Source of the DNA: Terriglobia bacterium
Lineage (GTDB): Bacteria; Acidobacteriota; Terriglobia; Bryobacterales; Bryobacteraceae
NCBI GenBank assembly: GCA_963823095.1
Contig: CAWGKI010000019.1
Coordinates: 181,129-245,128 of the forward strand
Direction: 5' to 3'
DNA length: 64,000 nt
Shown here: positions 1-10,432 of the stretch, piece by piece
Position numbering within the stretch: the stretch's first letter is position 1
Layout of the letters: each line of letters opens with the position of its first letter
Translations under genes and position numbers: made by a program
The notes under the pieces: model-generated
The model's database searches: none
Told to the model about the DNA's origin: nothing
What the model saw: the letters and a program-made list of their open reading frames with translations, nothing else

Positions 1-239
1 TGCGCACTACCTCGGTGGTGAAGAAGGTTGAGTACGCCGCGGACAGGGTGTCCTATTCAACCTTCGATCAGGCAGGCACGGAAGTCCTGCGTTTGCGATT
101 CGTTCCGCGCGACGTTGCGCAAGGCGGATCAAAGCTGGCCGAGGGCGAAAGCGTGGATCGCCCGGGATGGGCCTACGATCCGAAGTTGAGAGTGATTCGG
201 GTGCGGCACGCGACCTCCGGCGACATCACCATCCATTAG
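1..239 (+). CDS. 3' end (C-terminal 74 aa) of a secreted hydrolase-like paralog; 5' part lies outside the window
   Basis: C-terminus (..VSYSTFD..VLRLRF..VRHATSGDITIH) aligns with C-termini of the 1161-3221(-) and 13206-14648(+) proteins (YSTFD..VLRLK..LRHxxS..); ORF runs off the window start. Confidence 0.5.
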   Translation, partial: RTTSVVKKVEYAADRVSYSTFDQAGTEVLRLRFVPRDVAQGGSKLAEGESVDRPGWAYDPKLRVIRVRHATSGDITIH

Positions 240-255
240 AGTGACGGGGGAGATG

Positions 256-1014
256 CTACTTGAGCGTGCTTGATTCTTGTTCAGTGTGATTGATGCTCGC
301 GGATTCCATCAGCTGGATCGCTTTCCGGCTGTACTCCAGCGTGTTCCGCATTAACCGGCGAACCGCCTGGCGCGCCCCCACCGGGTTGCCGTTGCGGATC
401 TCATCGGCGACGCTACGATGCAGATCCACGCCGACGTTATAGGAGTTAGTCAGACGGATTTGTTGGATGAAGACGCTCGTCAAAGGATCGATCACCATCT
501 CAAAATAGGGATTGTGCGCCGCGCGGGCTACTGCCATGTGGAAGCGCAGATCGGCTTCTGCCGTCTCCTCGTCGCCATGGCCGGCGTCCATTTCGATCAG
601 AGCGGCATCCATCGTTGCAAGGTCCTCGGGCGTTGCTCGCACCGCCGCCAGTCCCGCGACCGTCTCCTCCAACACCCCTCGCAATTCGAGCATCAATTCC
701 GCATCGCTTTGCGAGGGAAATGGATGGTCCTTAAAGAGCCGCTTAAGCGATTCCTTAACCTTTTCGATTGAGGGGGCCAGCGCGTAGGTCCCGCTTCCGG
801 CTCGCACTTCCAACGCTCCCCGGTCTTCAAGCACCTTGATGGCTTCGCGCACGACGATGCGGCTCACGTGAAACCGCTCCGCCAACTCGCTCTCTTTCGG
901 CAGCCGGTCTCCGGGGTTCGGAAACTCCTCGGCAATCATTCGCTCTAATTCGAGCACCATTTGCTCACTGAGCCGGCCGCGCCGAAAACTGCGCTGAGGA
1001 AGATGCGTCACCAC
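256..1014 (-). CDS. GntR family transcriptional regulator (FadR-type C-terminal FCD domain)
   Basis: N-terminal winged HTH typical of GntR (..DRLPKESELAERFHVSRIVVREAIKVLEDRGALEVRAGSGTYAL..) followed by helical FCD-like domain; 252 aa. Confidence 0.85.
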   Translation of the reverse strand: MVTHLPQRSFRRGRLSEQMVLELERMIAEEFPNPGDRLPKESELAERFHVSRIVVREAIKVLEDRGALEVRAGSGTYALAPSIEKVKESLKRLFKDHPFPSQSDAELMLELRGVLEETVAGLAAVRATPEDLATMDAALIEMDAGHGDEETAEADLRFHMAVARAAHNPYFEMVIDPLTSVFIQQIRLTNSYNVGVDLHRSVADEIRNGNPVGARQAVRRLMRNTLEYSRKAIQLMESASINHTEQESSTLK

Positions 1015-1160
1015 GTGACATCATACCATTCCAATCTGGCAAACCGGCCGAAGATACGAGCTGGCGGCTCGCGAGTGTGCTGCCACCAGGAGCACCTCGT
1101 CCAGCGCTCCCCAGAACATGCGACGGCCGTTTTTCGGTTGAACGGAACGCGGAAGCCGGA

Positions 1161-3221
1161 TTACTCGGACCAATTCAATCGAGCCCAAAAGTACGAGGAG
1201 TAGGCGAGATTGTCGAATCGCAGAGCACCGAGGTCGTCGGATTCAAGGCTTACGGCCGAAGCCCGGTTCATCCATCCAGTCTTGATCCGCTGCAACTCGT
1301 CGGGCTTTACGCGGAAGGTAACTTCCCGCATCTCCGGTGCACGAATTGTGAGCGTCACCTCGTGATTGGTCGGATTGTAGACGTCGAGGCCCATCAGCAC
1401 GCGCGGAAAGGCAAATCGGAAGGCGCCGCGTGATGTCTTCGAATCTGTCGCGCAGAGGGAGAAGGTGCTCATGCGCCCACCCGGTGCGCAGACCTTCCAC
1501 TCGCCGCCGCCCCAGTCGATCACCCCTGAAGGGTATTGCCCGCGCAACGGGGCGTCGGCTCCGACGTGAGGATTGTCGAAGTCGACAGTTTGCGGAATTG
1601 GCTCGGAAGCTACGCCGTGAACATCCACGTCGCGCGATTGGGTGTGCCGAACGCGGAGCACCCGCGTCAGCTTGTCGAAAGTGTAACCCTCTTGGGTCAA
1701 GTCCGCTCGCGGCGCCAACTTCTTTCCTCCACTCCAAACGGCTTCGGGATCGAATTTCAAGCGCAGCACATCGGTGGAAGCTGGGTCGAAAGTCGAGTAA
1801 GTGACAGAGCCCATTCCATAAGCGATCTTAGTCACGACAGAACTGGATCCCAGCAGATGCGATTCGTCGGCGGGCGCCCACTCGGGAACGGCCCAGAATC
1901 CGTCCATCAGGCGGCGCGGTCCATCGGCGAACTCGTCCGTAAACCACCACTGATTGCCGAAAGGCGCATGAGCCCCGGCCGGCATGCCCTGCCAATAGGT
2001 CACCCAGTTGTAGGATCGGTACGCCTGGTCGCGATAGTTCGTGTCGCCTGTTTGCGCATAATAGAGCGCCTCGACAGCGGCTAGCCGCGAGGTGTGACTA
2101 TCGCAGCACTCATTGGGCTTATTGCAGCAGAACGTCTTTCCATCGCCCTGTTCTGTCGTAACAGTCGCACCATGGACGATGTATTTCGGCCACTTCGGCG
2201 TCGTCTTCACCCACTCGATTAACTTACGGGCGTTTTCGCGCCAGTTCGGGTCTTTGTCAGGGTTCAACAATACATAGCGAGCGTACTCAAGAGGAATCAC
2301 CTGGTTCATGTTCTCCATCGTGGGTGGTACGTCCTCGAAGTAGCCAACCCATACATTGTTTTGCATTGGATACTTGTGAAACCAGTCCCACGCTTGCTGC
2401 CGCACGCGCTTGTAGGAGGCCACGTTGCCCTGGTCAAGCCTTATCAGTTCATCGAACAACATGATAGGTTCCACGACATTGGCCGAATAGGGCCCCATCC
2501 CCTTGCCCTCTACTTTGCCATCGCGCGCATAACAGCGAACGGGCCATGGCGACACATTGGCCTCTCCCGTTCTATAATTCTTTACGAGCGCTTCAGCGCA
2601 TCGAATTGCCGCCTGCAAGTACTTTATGTTTCCTGTCACTTCATAGAAGCGCAGATAGGCGTAACCATCCTCGCCTACGACATGCGGCTCCAGGTAATCC
2701 TCGCCGTGCACACTCCAGCCCGCGTAGTGATGGTCGCCCGGATTAGCCGACGTGTAAGGAACGCCCGCCCAGGCATAACTGGATGGGGTGAGTCCATTCT
2801 CCAGTTCGTAGTCTATTAAGTCTTGCAGAAATATGATCGTGTTCGGGTCGCCGGTGTACGGATACAGCCGCTCGATAAACCCTTGCATCATTGCCCGTAG
2901 ATACGCCGTAGAGTTAGCCCAATGGAAATCGGGCTGCATCTCGTAGCTAGTTCGATCAAAGTCAAAGCAGCAGTGGAAATTGTAATAGCGGTTGCGGTTG
3001 TATTGATCCCACAAGATGCTCCACTGTGTCAGGAAGTGCGAACTGTAGGAGTAGCCGATGTTGCCAGGCATCGGCCAAGGCAGCAATTTGCCTTCGCCGT
3101 CTCGCTGCACCGGCCTTCCCGCGATGGTGGGAGCGTTCACGGTCGACACCACGGGAAACGGATCCTCCGCTAAGCCAATGCTTGCGACGGAAAGTAGCAG
3201 GAAGGTTGTAAGGATGCGCAT
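1161..3221 (-). CDS. secreted Cys-rich hydrolase-like protein (paralog family, 686 aa; possible (alpha/alpha)-barrel glycoside hydrolase, family not determined)
   Basis: Signal peptide MRILTTFLLLSVASIGLA; paralogous to 13206-14648 and the 1-239 fragment (DGKLLPW.., SPWPV../SPLPF.., YPMQNN.W..FEDVP, C-terminal YSTFD..VLRLKF); multiple Cys pairs (HCCFDFD, CCNKPNECC). Confidence 0.7.
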   Translation of the reverse strand: MRILTTFLLLSVASIGLAEDPFPVVSTVNAPTIAGRPVQRDGEGKLLPWPMPGNIGYSYSSHFLTQWSILWDQYNRNRYYNFHCCFDFDRTSYEMQPDFHWANSTAYLRAMMQGFIERLYPYTGDPNTIIFLQDLIDYELENGLTPSSYAWAGVPYTSANPGDHHYAGWSVHGEDYLEPHVVGEDGYAYLRFYEVTGNIKYLQAAIRCAEALVKNYRTGEANVSPWPVRCYARDGKVEGKGMGPYSANVVEPIMLFDELIRLDQGNVASYKRVRQQAWDWFHKYPMQNNVWVGYFEDVPPTMENMNQVIPLEYARYVLLNPDKDPNWRENARKLIEWVKTTPKWPKYIVHGATVTTEQGDGKTFCCNKPNECCDSHTSRLAAVEALYYAQTGDTNYRDQAYRSYNWVTYWQGMPAGAHAPFGNQWWFTDEFADGPRRLMDGFWAVPEWAPADESHLLGSSSVVTKIAYGMGSVTYSTFDPASTDVLRLKFDPEAVWSGGKKLAPRADLTQEGYTFDKLTRVLRVRHTQSRDVDVHGVASEPIPQTVDFDNPHVGADAPLRGQYPSGVIDWGGGEWKVCAPGGRMSTFSLCATDSKTSRGAFRFAFPRVLMGLDVYNPTNHEVTLTIRAPEMREVTFRVKPDELQRIKTGWMNRASAVSLESDDLGALRFDNLAYSSYFWARLNWSE

Positions 3222-3367
3222 TTTATTCTCCCGGAAAGGTAGATGGCTCTGGGGTTGTTGAGCCTCGCGAACCCCTCAGGTGGCCGCTGAATTGTGAGAA
3301 CCGCCGGGAAGTATAGCACAATCACGCAATCGCAAAGAATGGTGTGTGACCGGTTGCCTGCACAGGC

Positions 3368-3691
3368 CTACCCCTCCGCCTTTTGCTTGAGGAATCTCCT
3401 CAAGTTGATACTGCAGATGGCGGCGGCGGCGGCATCGAAACGGGCGCGCATCTCGACCTGCTTGCGGACTTGCTCGGCGAATCTGGCTGGCACGTTGAAG
3501 GCTCTGGGCTGGCCCGCGACGAGGACGGAAATCTGATACTGGGTATGCAGGTTGTGGCCATCGGCGCAATGGCAGTTTGGACGGCCACAGGCGCGTTTGC
3601 GTTCTACAAAGGAACCCGGCAGCATGTCGCGCAGAGAACCGAGACTGCGGATGAGTCTGCCGCGCAATTCGAGATCGGGATCGACGGACAT
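3368..3691 (-). CDS. small Zn-ribbon protein, DUF6788-like (CGRPNCHCADG motif)
   Basis: 107-aa ORF with C-x4-C-x-C-type ribbon (ACGRPNCHCADGHNLH) and downstream pattern resembling DUF6788-type proteins; assignment from memory of family, not searched. Confidence 0.35.
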   Translation of the reverse strand: MSVDPDLELRGRLIRSLGSLRDMLPGSFVERKRACGRPNCHCADGHNLHTQYQISVLVAGQPRAFNVPARFAEQVRKQVEMRARFDAAAAAICSINLRRFLKQKAEG

Positions 3692-3851
3692 TATCGTATG
3701 ACACTTATAATCGTGTCAGAATCGGGCCGGGTCAAGAGGCATTTGAAGGGTGCTGGGATCCTCGGGACCGAAACCGCACCCGCAAGGCGCTGAAGACAAA
3801 CGGCCTTTGGCGCCGGCCGAGAGGAACTTGAGCGACTCGCCGGCGAAGTCC

Positions 3852-3880
3852 AAACGTGTCTTGACAGTGAATCGCGTGAA
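3852..3880 (+). promoter_or_regulatory. sigma70-type promoter P1 (TTGACA-17 nt-TATGAT)
   Basis: ttgaca(3852-3857) gtgaatcgcgtgaaagg tatgat(3875-3880); perfect -35 and near-consensus -10 with 17-nt spacer. Confidence 0.4.
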
Positions 3881-4023
3881 AGGTATGATCACCCGTACGA
3901 TTACTGGGTCTTAAGAATTCGACAGATAGCCATGCCAGGTCGTGAGGCGCGTGTGGAGTGCGCCTGATTGATCGAAGGATAGTGTGTCCGTCCCATGTTT
4001 CGGCGTAGGGTCCACGACGTACT

Positions 4024-4052
4024 TGATCGTGAAGTAAGCCAAAGGTATGATC
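4024..4052 (+). promoter_or_regulatory. sigma70-type promoter P2 (TTGATC-17 nt-TATGAT) immediately upstream of TonB receptor gene
   Basis: ttgatc(4024-4029) gtgaagtaagccaaagg tatgat(4047-4052); same gtgaa..aaggtatgatc context as P1 (duplicated promoter); GGGAGG RBS at 4083-4088 before ATG 4098. Confidence 0.45.
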
Positions 4053-4097
4053 GCGCAACCATGAGCATCGCTCAAGTAGAGGTGCGGGAGGTTTGCT

Positions 4098-7000
4098 TTG
4101 ATGACTACATGCGCTCAACCCACATCGCGCCGTCTCTCACGGGCCGGCGTCGTTCTCTTCACCATCGCTGTGTGGAGCTTCTCCTCTCTCCTGGCGCAGA
4201 TCAACACCGGCAAGATTACGGGGATCATCACAGATTCGAGCAACGCCAGTATCGTTCAGGCTTCGGTTCGCGCCTTGAACGCGGAGACCGGAGTCACTAC
4301 TACGGCGCAAACGCAGGAAAATGGCGGCTACCTGCTCAATTTCCTGATTCCCGGGCACTACACGGTAGAGGTGGTTGCGCCGGGTTTTCGGAAAAGCGTC
4401 GAGAAGGGAGTCGAGGTCACCGCGGGAGGGACGGCACGAATCGATCTTTCGATGCAGCTCGGTGAGGTGCAGCAGGAAGTCGAAGTACAAGCGCACCCGG
4501 TGGCGGTGAATACCGAGAGCGCCGAATTGACCCAGACGTTCGGCTATAAGGCGCTCGACCAGTTGCCGAACATCGATCGCAATCCCTTGTACCAGATGAA
4601 CCTTCTCCCCGGCGCGAACAACGGAGGGGGCAGCGGGAATTATGGGTCGAACGGAGGCGAAAACGGTTCCGCCATCGGCCTTACGCGTCCGCAATTGGCC
4701 TCGGTGGGCGGAGTCGACGCCAACGCGAATGGAGTCTACATCGAGGGCATATTCAACCGCGAGCCTCAGAATGCCTATGTCGGGGTAGTTCCTCCCATCG
4801 AGGGCGTCCAGGAGGTCCAGGTATATGCCGGCAAGTACGATGCGGAGTATGGGTTTTCCGGTAGCACCGTGATCAATGTCGTAACCAAGTCGGGCACGAA
4901 CGAGTACCATGGAGCCGCCTTCGAGTATTTACGGAACAACGCCACCGATGCGACCAATTTCTTTGCGACGCAGGCGACACCTTTCCGGCGCAATCAGTTC
5001 GGCGGTGCGGTGGGTGGCCCTGTCCGGAAGAACAAGTTGTTCTTCTTCGGCGATTACCAGGGCACCTTGTTCAGAACGAGCAATTCCGAATTTACGAGCG
5101 CGCCCACGTCGAAGATGTACCAGGGCGATTTTTCGGAGCTTTACTCGCTGGCGCCGCCCCCAGGCACCGACGCGACCTACAATCAAATCTACGATCCGTT
5201 CTCGCGCGTGATCGATGCCAACGGCAACGTCACCTCCGTTACGCCTTTCAGCGGCAATATCATTCCCGGTGGACGCTTCGATCCCGCGGCCGCAAAAATG
5301 AATGCGGATAAGGTCTTCGGGGTATCCAATCTCCCAGGACTCACCAATAATCTGCATTACGGTTATGGGAACTCCCAGGATGCCCACGTGGGCGACGGCC
5401 GCGTCGATTTCAACGCTTCCGACAAACAGAGGCTGTTCTTCCGTTACACCTTGCTGGACTCTACCAATTTGAATTCGACGACCATCAACCAGTTCTTCCA
5501 GGACGGTCAGGCGAATTCGCACAGCGTCAATCAGAACATGCAGCTCACGCTGTTAAGCACTTTGAACGCATCAATGGCGAACGAAGCACGCCTTGGTTAC
5601 AACCGTACGCACGTGAATACCAGCTCCAATTCGATGAATAAGAATTGGAACAACTACTACGGCATTCCGAACGGCAATCTCGGCGACCCGATCACGCAGG
5701 GCATGTGGGAGACCTACTCGTTGAGCCCAATTTCAAACTTCAGTCAGCCGGATTGGGTGGCGTTCATCATCAGCAACACGATTTCCGTTACCGACAACTT
5801 TACGTGGGTGAAGGGGAAACACACCATCAAAGCGGGAGTGAACCTCAATCACGTCGAAGACACGTCCGCGGACACGATTGGTGGCGACGATCCGCGCGGT
5901 ACGCTGTCGTTCGATCCCGCTATGACTTCCTACGGTGGCGTTGCGCCTCCGTTTGCGTATCCTAGCTTTCTCCTCGGCACGATGACCAGCAGCGCCCGCG
6001 CCCGGTTCGTGAATGGTTGGCCGTACCAATCCTACTGGCAGAACGCCTTCTATGCGCAGGACGATATCAAGATTCTGCCTTCCCTGACTTTGAACATCGG
6101 CTTCCGGTACGAGTCAACCACGAGGCCGATAGAGCGCTACAACCGGCAGTCGAACTGGAACGATCAGAGCAATCTGTTGGTCGTCGCCACTAGTGGCAAC
6201 CGAAGCCCGGCGTTAAACCTGGATAAGGGTGACGTCGGGCCGCGCATCGGTCTCGCCTGGTCGCCGGACCATGGAAAGACGAGCGTCCGCGCGGGGTTCG
6301 GCATCTCCTACTGGCAGGCCTACTGGAGCGGTCCGTTGACGATTCTGGGTTTGGGTTATCCAAACTACGCCAAGCAGGCGCTGCTCGCGACAAACAATCT
6401 CACACCGAGTCTCCTGCTGTCGCGCGACGGACTGCCACTTGCCGGCGCCGTCTACGATTCATCGGGCAAACTCGTGATCCCGCAGAACGCGGTGATCAGG
6501 GGAACGGACATGAATTGGAAGAGCCAGCAAGTGGCGCAGACGTCAGTGAACGTGCAGCGCGAGTTGATGCACGGCATGCTTTTGGACATCGGCTACCTCA
6601 GCGTCCGTGGCCTCCACAACAACCACACGACAAACATCAACCAGGCGCCGCCGCAACCTCTCGGCGTGGATTACAGCCAGGCCCGCCCTCTCGCCAGCCT
6701 GTATCCTCAGTTGGGCGACATCCCCATACAGTTCTCCAACACTGCAAGTTGGTACGACGCTGTAACAGCGCGCTTCATCGCGCAGATTGGAAAGGGCATC
6801 ACGCTGAGCGCGAGCTACGCGCATGCGCGCAACTTTTCTAATGGCAACAATATCGACCAGACCAACCTCTGGCAGTATTACGGTCCCACTCAACAGGACA
6901 TTGCGCATTCGTTCTCGGCGCAATTCGTGTACGAGCTTCCGTTTGGCCGCGGGAACCGTTTCCTCGCCAACTCAAACCGTGCAGTAGATGCGTTGTTGGG

Positions 7001-7436
7001 CGGCTGGCAATACTCGGCCTTCCTGACCGTGCGAAGCGGGTTGCGCTTCGACGTCACTTCCGGCGTGAGTCTGCTGAACAATGGCCAGGGCAATCGCGCC
7101 AACCGCGTCTGCAATGGCTCTGTTTCGAATCCCACAGTGAACATGTGGTTCGACACCAGTTGCTTCGTGGACAATCTGGTGGTGGATACTTACGGAAACG
7201 CCGGCATCAATCCACTCCACACCGACGGACTGCAACAGTTGGATTCGTCGCTCTTCAAGACATTCAAAATTACCGAGCGCGCCAACCTGCAGTTCCGGAT
7301 GGATGCCTTCAATACCTTCAATCACCCGAACTTCGCGGCTCCCGATAATATCGTGGGTGATCCCAGCGAGGGTCAGGTCTTCTCCACGTCAGTCGATAAC
7401 CGCCGCATGCAATTTGGCCTACGGCTGTTCTTCTAG
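4098..7436 (+). CDS. TonB-dependent receptor/transporter with N-terminal carboxypeptidase regulatory-like domain (Acidobacteria-type, 1112 aa)
   Basis: Signal peptide; N-terminal CarbopepD_reg-like stretch (GKITGIITDSSNASIVQASVRALNAETG..YLLNFLIPGHYTVEV); long beta-barrel with Gly/Asn/Tyr-rich strands; C-terminal ..FGLRLFF aromatic terminus typical of TonB-dependent outer membrane proteins. Confidence 0.9.
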   Translation: MMTTCAQPTSRRLSRAGVVLFTIAVWSFSSLLAQINTGKITGIITDSSNASIVQASVRALNAETGVTTTAQTQENGGYLLNFLIPGHYTVEVVAPGFRKSVEKGVEVTAGGTARIDLSMQLGEVQQEVEVQAHPVAVNTESAELTQTFGYKALDQLPNIDRNPLYQMNLLPGANNGGGSGNYGSNGGENGSAIGLTRPQLASVGGVDANANGVYIEGIFNREPQNAYVGVVPPIEGVQEVQVYAGKYDAEYGFSGSTVINVVTKSGTNEYHGAAFEYLRNNATDATNFFATQATPFRRNQFGGAVGGPVRKNKLFFFGDYQGTLFRTSNSEFTSAPTSKMYQGDFSELYSLAPPPGTDATYNQIYDPFSRVIDANGNVTSVTPFSGNIIPGGRFDPAAAKMNADKVFGVSNLPGLTNNLHYGYGNSQDAHVGDGRVDFNASDKQRLFFRYTLLDSTNLNSTTINQFFQDGQANSHSVNQNMQLTLLSTLNASMANEARLGYNRTHVNTSSNSMNKNWNNYYGIPNGNLGDPITQGMWETYSLSPISNFSQPDWVAFIISNTISVTDNFTWVKGKHTIKAGVNLNHVEDTSADTIGGDDPRGTLSFDPAMTSYGGVAPPFAYPSFLLGTMTSSARARFVNGWPYQSYWQNAFYAQDDIKILPSLTLNIGFRYESTTRPIERYNRQSNWNDQSNLLVVATSGNRSPALNLDKGDVGPRIGLAWSPDHGKTSVRAGFGISYWQAYWSGPLTILGLGYPNYAKQALLATNNLTPSLLLSRDGLPLAGAVYDSSGKLVIPQNAVIRGTDMNWKSQQVAQTSVNVQRELMHGMLLDIGYLSVRGLHNNHTTNINQAPPQPLGVDYSQARPLASLYPQLGDIPIQFSNTASWYDAVTARFIAQIGKGITLSASYAHARNFSNGNNIDQTNLWQYYGPTQQDIAHSFSAQFVYELPFGRGNRFLANSNRAVDALLGGWQYSAFLTVRSGLRFDVTSGVSLLNNGQGNRANRVCNGSVSNPTVNMWFDTSCFVDNLVVDTYGNAGINPLHTDGLQQLDSSLFKTFKITERANLQFRMDAFNTFNHPNFAAPDNIVGDPSEGQVFSTSVDNRRMQFGLRLFF

Positions 7437-7444
7437 TATCGAAC

Positions 7445-8632
7445 TCAATGGGCGAGCAGCCCGTGACGCCGTAGCGCCGCGGCGAGCAAGGGCTCTACGC
7501 CGTCGCGGATGAACCGGTTCGCGTATCCTGCCCAGGCAACCTCCGCCTTGACGTTCAATGGAGCTTCGAGCGGACGCCCGTATTCGTTAGTAACAAAGAC
7601 GCCGAGTTCGCGCGCGATGAGTTCCGTGCAGAGATCATAGGGATGGCAGCATAGCCCGAGCGTCAGGCCGCGCGACGCGAGCGTTGCGGCCAAGAGAGGC
7701 CTCAGGTCAGCCTGAAAGCGGTCGTGGCCGTTCATGAGTTCGTAGAGTTGCCCGCCGGTGGAGAGGTACTGGTCTTCGAAGCAATAGGCTTTGCCGCGCC
7801 CCCGCAACCCGACAGCCGCCAGCGTAATTTCATCGTCAATCGAAGCCAGGATGTCGCGTCCGCCGGAGAAGAAACGGGTCACCGAAGCGAACCCATGCGA
7901 CAGATCCGTGGCCCTCGAAGGCTGCAGCTCCAGCGGACGGCGCTCACCGGTGATGCGGTTGTGCCGTTCGGCCCCCACTCCGGCGCCGCGAGCCGCCCAC
8001 ATGGAGTCTGAGAGATGCTGCTTCACCAGAGGGATTTCCGTCTGGACCGCCAGATCTATATCGGCCAACGTGGTGGCTTCGCCCAGGTTCGGAGCGACGC
8101 CTGTTAGAATCCAACCGCTGCGCTTCTGGTACATGAGGCAGCGCGTCCCATCCACCGGATCCGCGATAATTCTCCACTCAGCCGACTCCGCGCGAGTGCC
8201 CCGCGGGAGTACAACCTGCCCTCCCGGAAGTCCTTCGGCGATCAAGACAATTGGAGCGATAGTCGCGATTTCACGCTCGAAGAGTTCGACCAGCAACTCC
8301 TCGCTGACTCGGTCGACGGCATAGATGGTGTCGCCTTCATCGTCCGCGACCACTTGGGAGAGTTCGCCTTCCGATGCATGCTGGCACGCGTCGACCACGG
8401 CGTCGCGGATTCGCGCGTGGATGGACCGCAGTGGACCCAGGAACTGGCTGATCCGCGTCATTGTTCGATTCCTATTTCGCCACCAACACGCGAGTAATGC
8501 CTCGGAGCGTCTCCAACTCCTCAGCCTGGGCACCATTATCCGTGATGACCATGTCGCAGGAGCCCAGGCCGCAGAAACGATACAGGGCGTCCTGTCCGAA
8601 CTTGCTGCTGTCCGCGACGAGGATGCGCTCAC
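7445..8632 (-). CDS. inositol monophosphatase family protein (IMPase/FBPase-like sugar phosphatase); probable true start at MTRISQ (about 8461)
   Basis: IMPase metal-binding motif [24 protein letters not shown] (W-x-IDP-[IV]DGT); if start is [11 protein letters not shown] the CDS is 7445..8461, which would abut the DeoR gene end at 8472. Confidence 0.75.
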   Translation of the reverse strand: MSASSSRTAASSDRTPCIVSAAWAPATWSSRIMVPRLRSWRRSEALLACWWRNRNRTMTRISQFLGPLRSIHARIRDAVVDACQHASEGELSQVVADDEGDTIYAVDRVSEELLVELFEREIATIAPIVLIAEGLPGGQVVLPRGTRAESAEWRIIADPVDGTRCLMYQKRSGWILTGVAPNLGEATTLADIDLAVQTEIPLVKQHLSDSMWAARGAGVGAERHNRITGERRPLELQPSRATDLSHGFASVTRFFSGGRDILASIDDEITLAAVGLRGRGKAYCFEDQYLSTGGQLYELMNGHDRFQADLRPLLAATLASRGLTLGLCCHPYDLCTELIARELGVFVTNEYGRPLEAPLNVKAEVAWAGYANRFIRDGVEPLLAAALRRHGLLAH

Positions 8633-9281
8633 GGCCCGACGTCAGAAGCGCGCGCTGCGCCTCCGGGTCATTCACCATCACGCCATCGTTGAGAGAGAGC
8701 GCCGCGGCGCCGAAGAAGACCTTGTCGGCGCGGACGGAACCGAGTGCTTCGGCGACAGCGAGGCTGACAAAGTCATGGCTACTCGCACGGTAAACACCGC
8801 CGATCACTTCAACTCGCACGGTGCTACTCTCAGCCAGTTCCACCAGCGAGGCGAGCGAGAAGGTGAACACAGTGCATCGGCGGTCGCGGAGATGCCGCGC
8901 AATGTAGAGCGTGGTCGTGCCGGAATCGAGCACGACCGCCTCGCCGTCCTGGACGAGAGACGCCGCCAGTTTTCCGATCTTCTCTTTCTCGCTCGCCATT
9001 CGCTTCTCGCGTTCGAGAAACGACTTCTCCGCGGGGAATCCTCTGGCGATCCTGACTCCGCCTGGGACGCGTATGACTTGGCCGCCGTCGGCCAATTCCT
9101 CGATGTCCCTGCGGATCGTCATCTCCGAGACGCCGAACTCCGAGGCCAACTCGGAGAACGTCGCGTTGACCTTCTTGAGGAGGATGGCGACGATAGCGCT
9201 GGCGCGATCCGAGCGTCCGGAATGTGATAAATTCACAACCTGATTCTGCCACACTCTCGGCCGATGAACAACGCTTCTCAA
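8472..9281 (-). CDS. DeoR/GlpR family transcriptional regulator
   Basis: N-terminal HTH ..[30 protein letters not shown].. and C-terminal DeoR sugar-phosphate sensor domain (..[28 protein letters not shown]-like). Confidence 0.85.
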   Translation of the reverse strand: MRSVVHRPRVWQNQVVNLSHSGRSDRASAIVAILLKKVNATFSELASEFGVSEMTIRRDIEELADGGQVIRVPGGVRIARGFPAEKSFLEREKRMASEKEKIGKLAASLVQDGEAVVLDSGTTTLYIARHLRDRRCTVFTFSLASLVELAESSTVRVEVIGGVYRASSHDFVSLAVAEALGSVRADKVFFGAAALSLNDGVMVNDPEAQRALLTSGRERILVADSSKFGQDALYRFCGLGSCDMVITDNGAQAEELETLRGITRVLVAK

Positions 9282-9374
9282 TTGAGTTATTGGGCCAAGA
9301 CAAAGTGGTCCAAGGTCAAGATGGGATGATTGGCGCTATCATTGACATCTCCGAATCGGCGTGCGAAAATCTGA

Positions 9375-9415
9375 CTGCATATGATCATTATGTGAAACTT
9401 TCACACAATATGCAG
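9375..9415. promoter_or_regulatory. nested palindromic operator-like site in divergent DeoR / sugar-operon promoter region
   Basis: CTGCATAT(9375-9382)..TGTGAAAcTTTCACA(9391-9405, perfect 7-1-7 palindrome)..ATATGCAG(9408-9415) in an AT-rich spacer between divergent genes. Confidence 0.35.
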
Positions 9416-9520
9416 CGCTGCGAAAGTTAGCAGAAGGACGTTTTCGAACATCGGGTTTAGACGCTCTTCGAGTGGCTCTGCGTTCATCGCAGTTCTCATT
9501 GTCCGGAACGGGACGAATAA

Positions 9521-10432
9521 ATGATGCCTGGACAGAAGCGACGACTCTTGATCATCGGCGCGAGTGGATTCATCGGCCAGCGTCTCGCGGCGATGGCGGC
9601 GGACGACTACGATGTTTTCCTGGCGGATCTTGCCGAGCCCGCCACAGTTAACGAAATCAAAATGGACGTCACCGATCCCGCGAGTGTGTTCAACGGCTTC
9701 GAAACGGCGCGCCCGCAAGTCGTGGTCATGCTGGCGGCCATCGCCGACATCGACCAGTGCGAGCGCCAGCCCGAATTGGCCAAGGTGGTGAACGTGGATG
9801 GCGCGGTCTGCGTCGCCGATCAATGCGCTCGTCGCGCGGCCCGATTCGTGTACACCTCCTCCGCGGCCGTCTACGACGGCTCGCGCCATGGTTACGCGGA
9901 AGAAGATCCGCCGACGCCCCTCAGTGTCTACGGGCGCACCAAGGCCCAGGCCGAAGTTGAGTTGAGGAGGGTCCTGCCGGATTCAATCATCCTCCGGCCG
10001 GCGCTGGTGCTTGGGTTCTCATCGGTATCGGGGACCAACGCCATGTTGAATAAGTTGGCCAATTCATTCCGCGCGGGACGGATTGTGCGAGTACCGGACT
10101 ACGAGTACCGCAACCCGATCGACGCAGACACGATCTGCAGGGCCATTCTGCTTCTCACCGAATTGGAGCAAGCCCGAGGGGTTTATCACATCGGCGCTGT
10201 CGACTCGATTTCACGATTCGAACTCATTTGCCGCCTGGCGGACAGGATGGGTTTCTCCCTCGCTCTGGTCGAAGCGCAGCGCGAACCCTTGCCCGGTCGA
10301 GCGCCGCGCGGCTTCGATCATTTTCTTCTGACCAGCCGCCTGAGCCGGGAAACCGGCATTGAAATGCCAACTTGCGACGAAGTCCTGGAGAGGTGTTTGC
10401 ATGCAGTTGCCCAAAGCGATCCACGAGCTTGA
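9521..10432 (+). CDS. NAD(P)-dependent sugar epimerase/reductase (SDR family, RmlD/epimerase-like)
   Basis: N-terminal Rossmann motif LLIIGASGFIGQRL; ..VYTSSAAVYDG.. and YG(R)TK catalytic-type motif (SVYGRTKAQAE). Confidence 0.8.
   Translation: MMPGQKRRLLIIGASGFIGQRLAAMAADDYDVFLADLAEPATVNEIKMDVTDPASVFNGFETARPQVVVMLAAIADIDQCERQPELAKVVNVDGAVCVADQCARRAARFVYTSSAAVYDGSRHGYAEEDPPTPLSVYGRTKAQAEVELRRVLPDSIILRPALVLGFSSVSGTNAMLNKLANSFRAGRIVRVPDYEYRNPIDADTICRAILLLTELEQARGVYHIGAVDSISRFELICRLADRMGFSLALVEAQREPLPGRAPRGFDHFLLTSRLSRETGIEMPTCDEVLERCLHAVAQSDPRA

Noticed and set aside
4137-4910. 257-aa minus-strand ORF and other ORFs overlapping 4098-7436
   Set aside because: All overlap the TonB-dependent receptor CDS in other frames; composition artefacts
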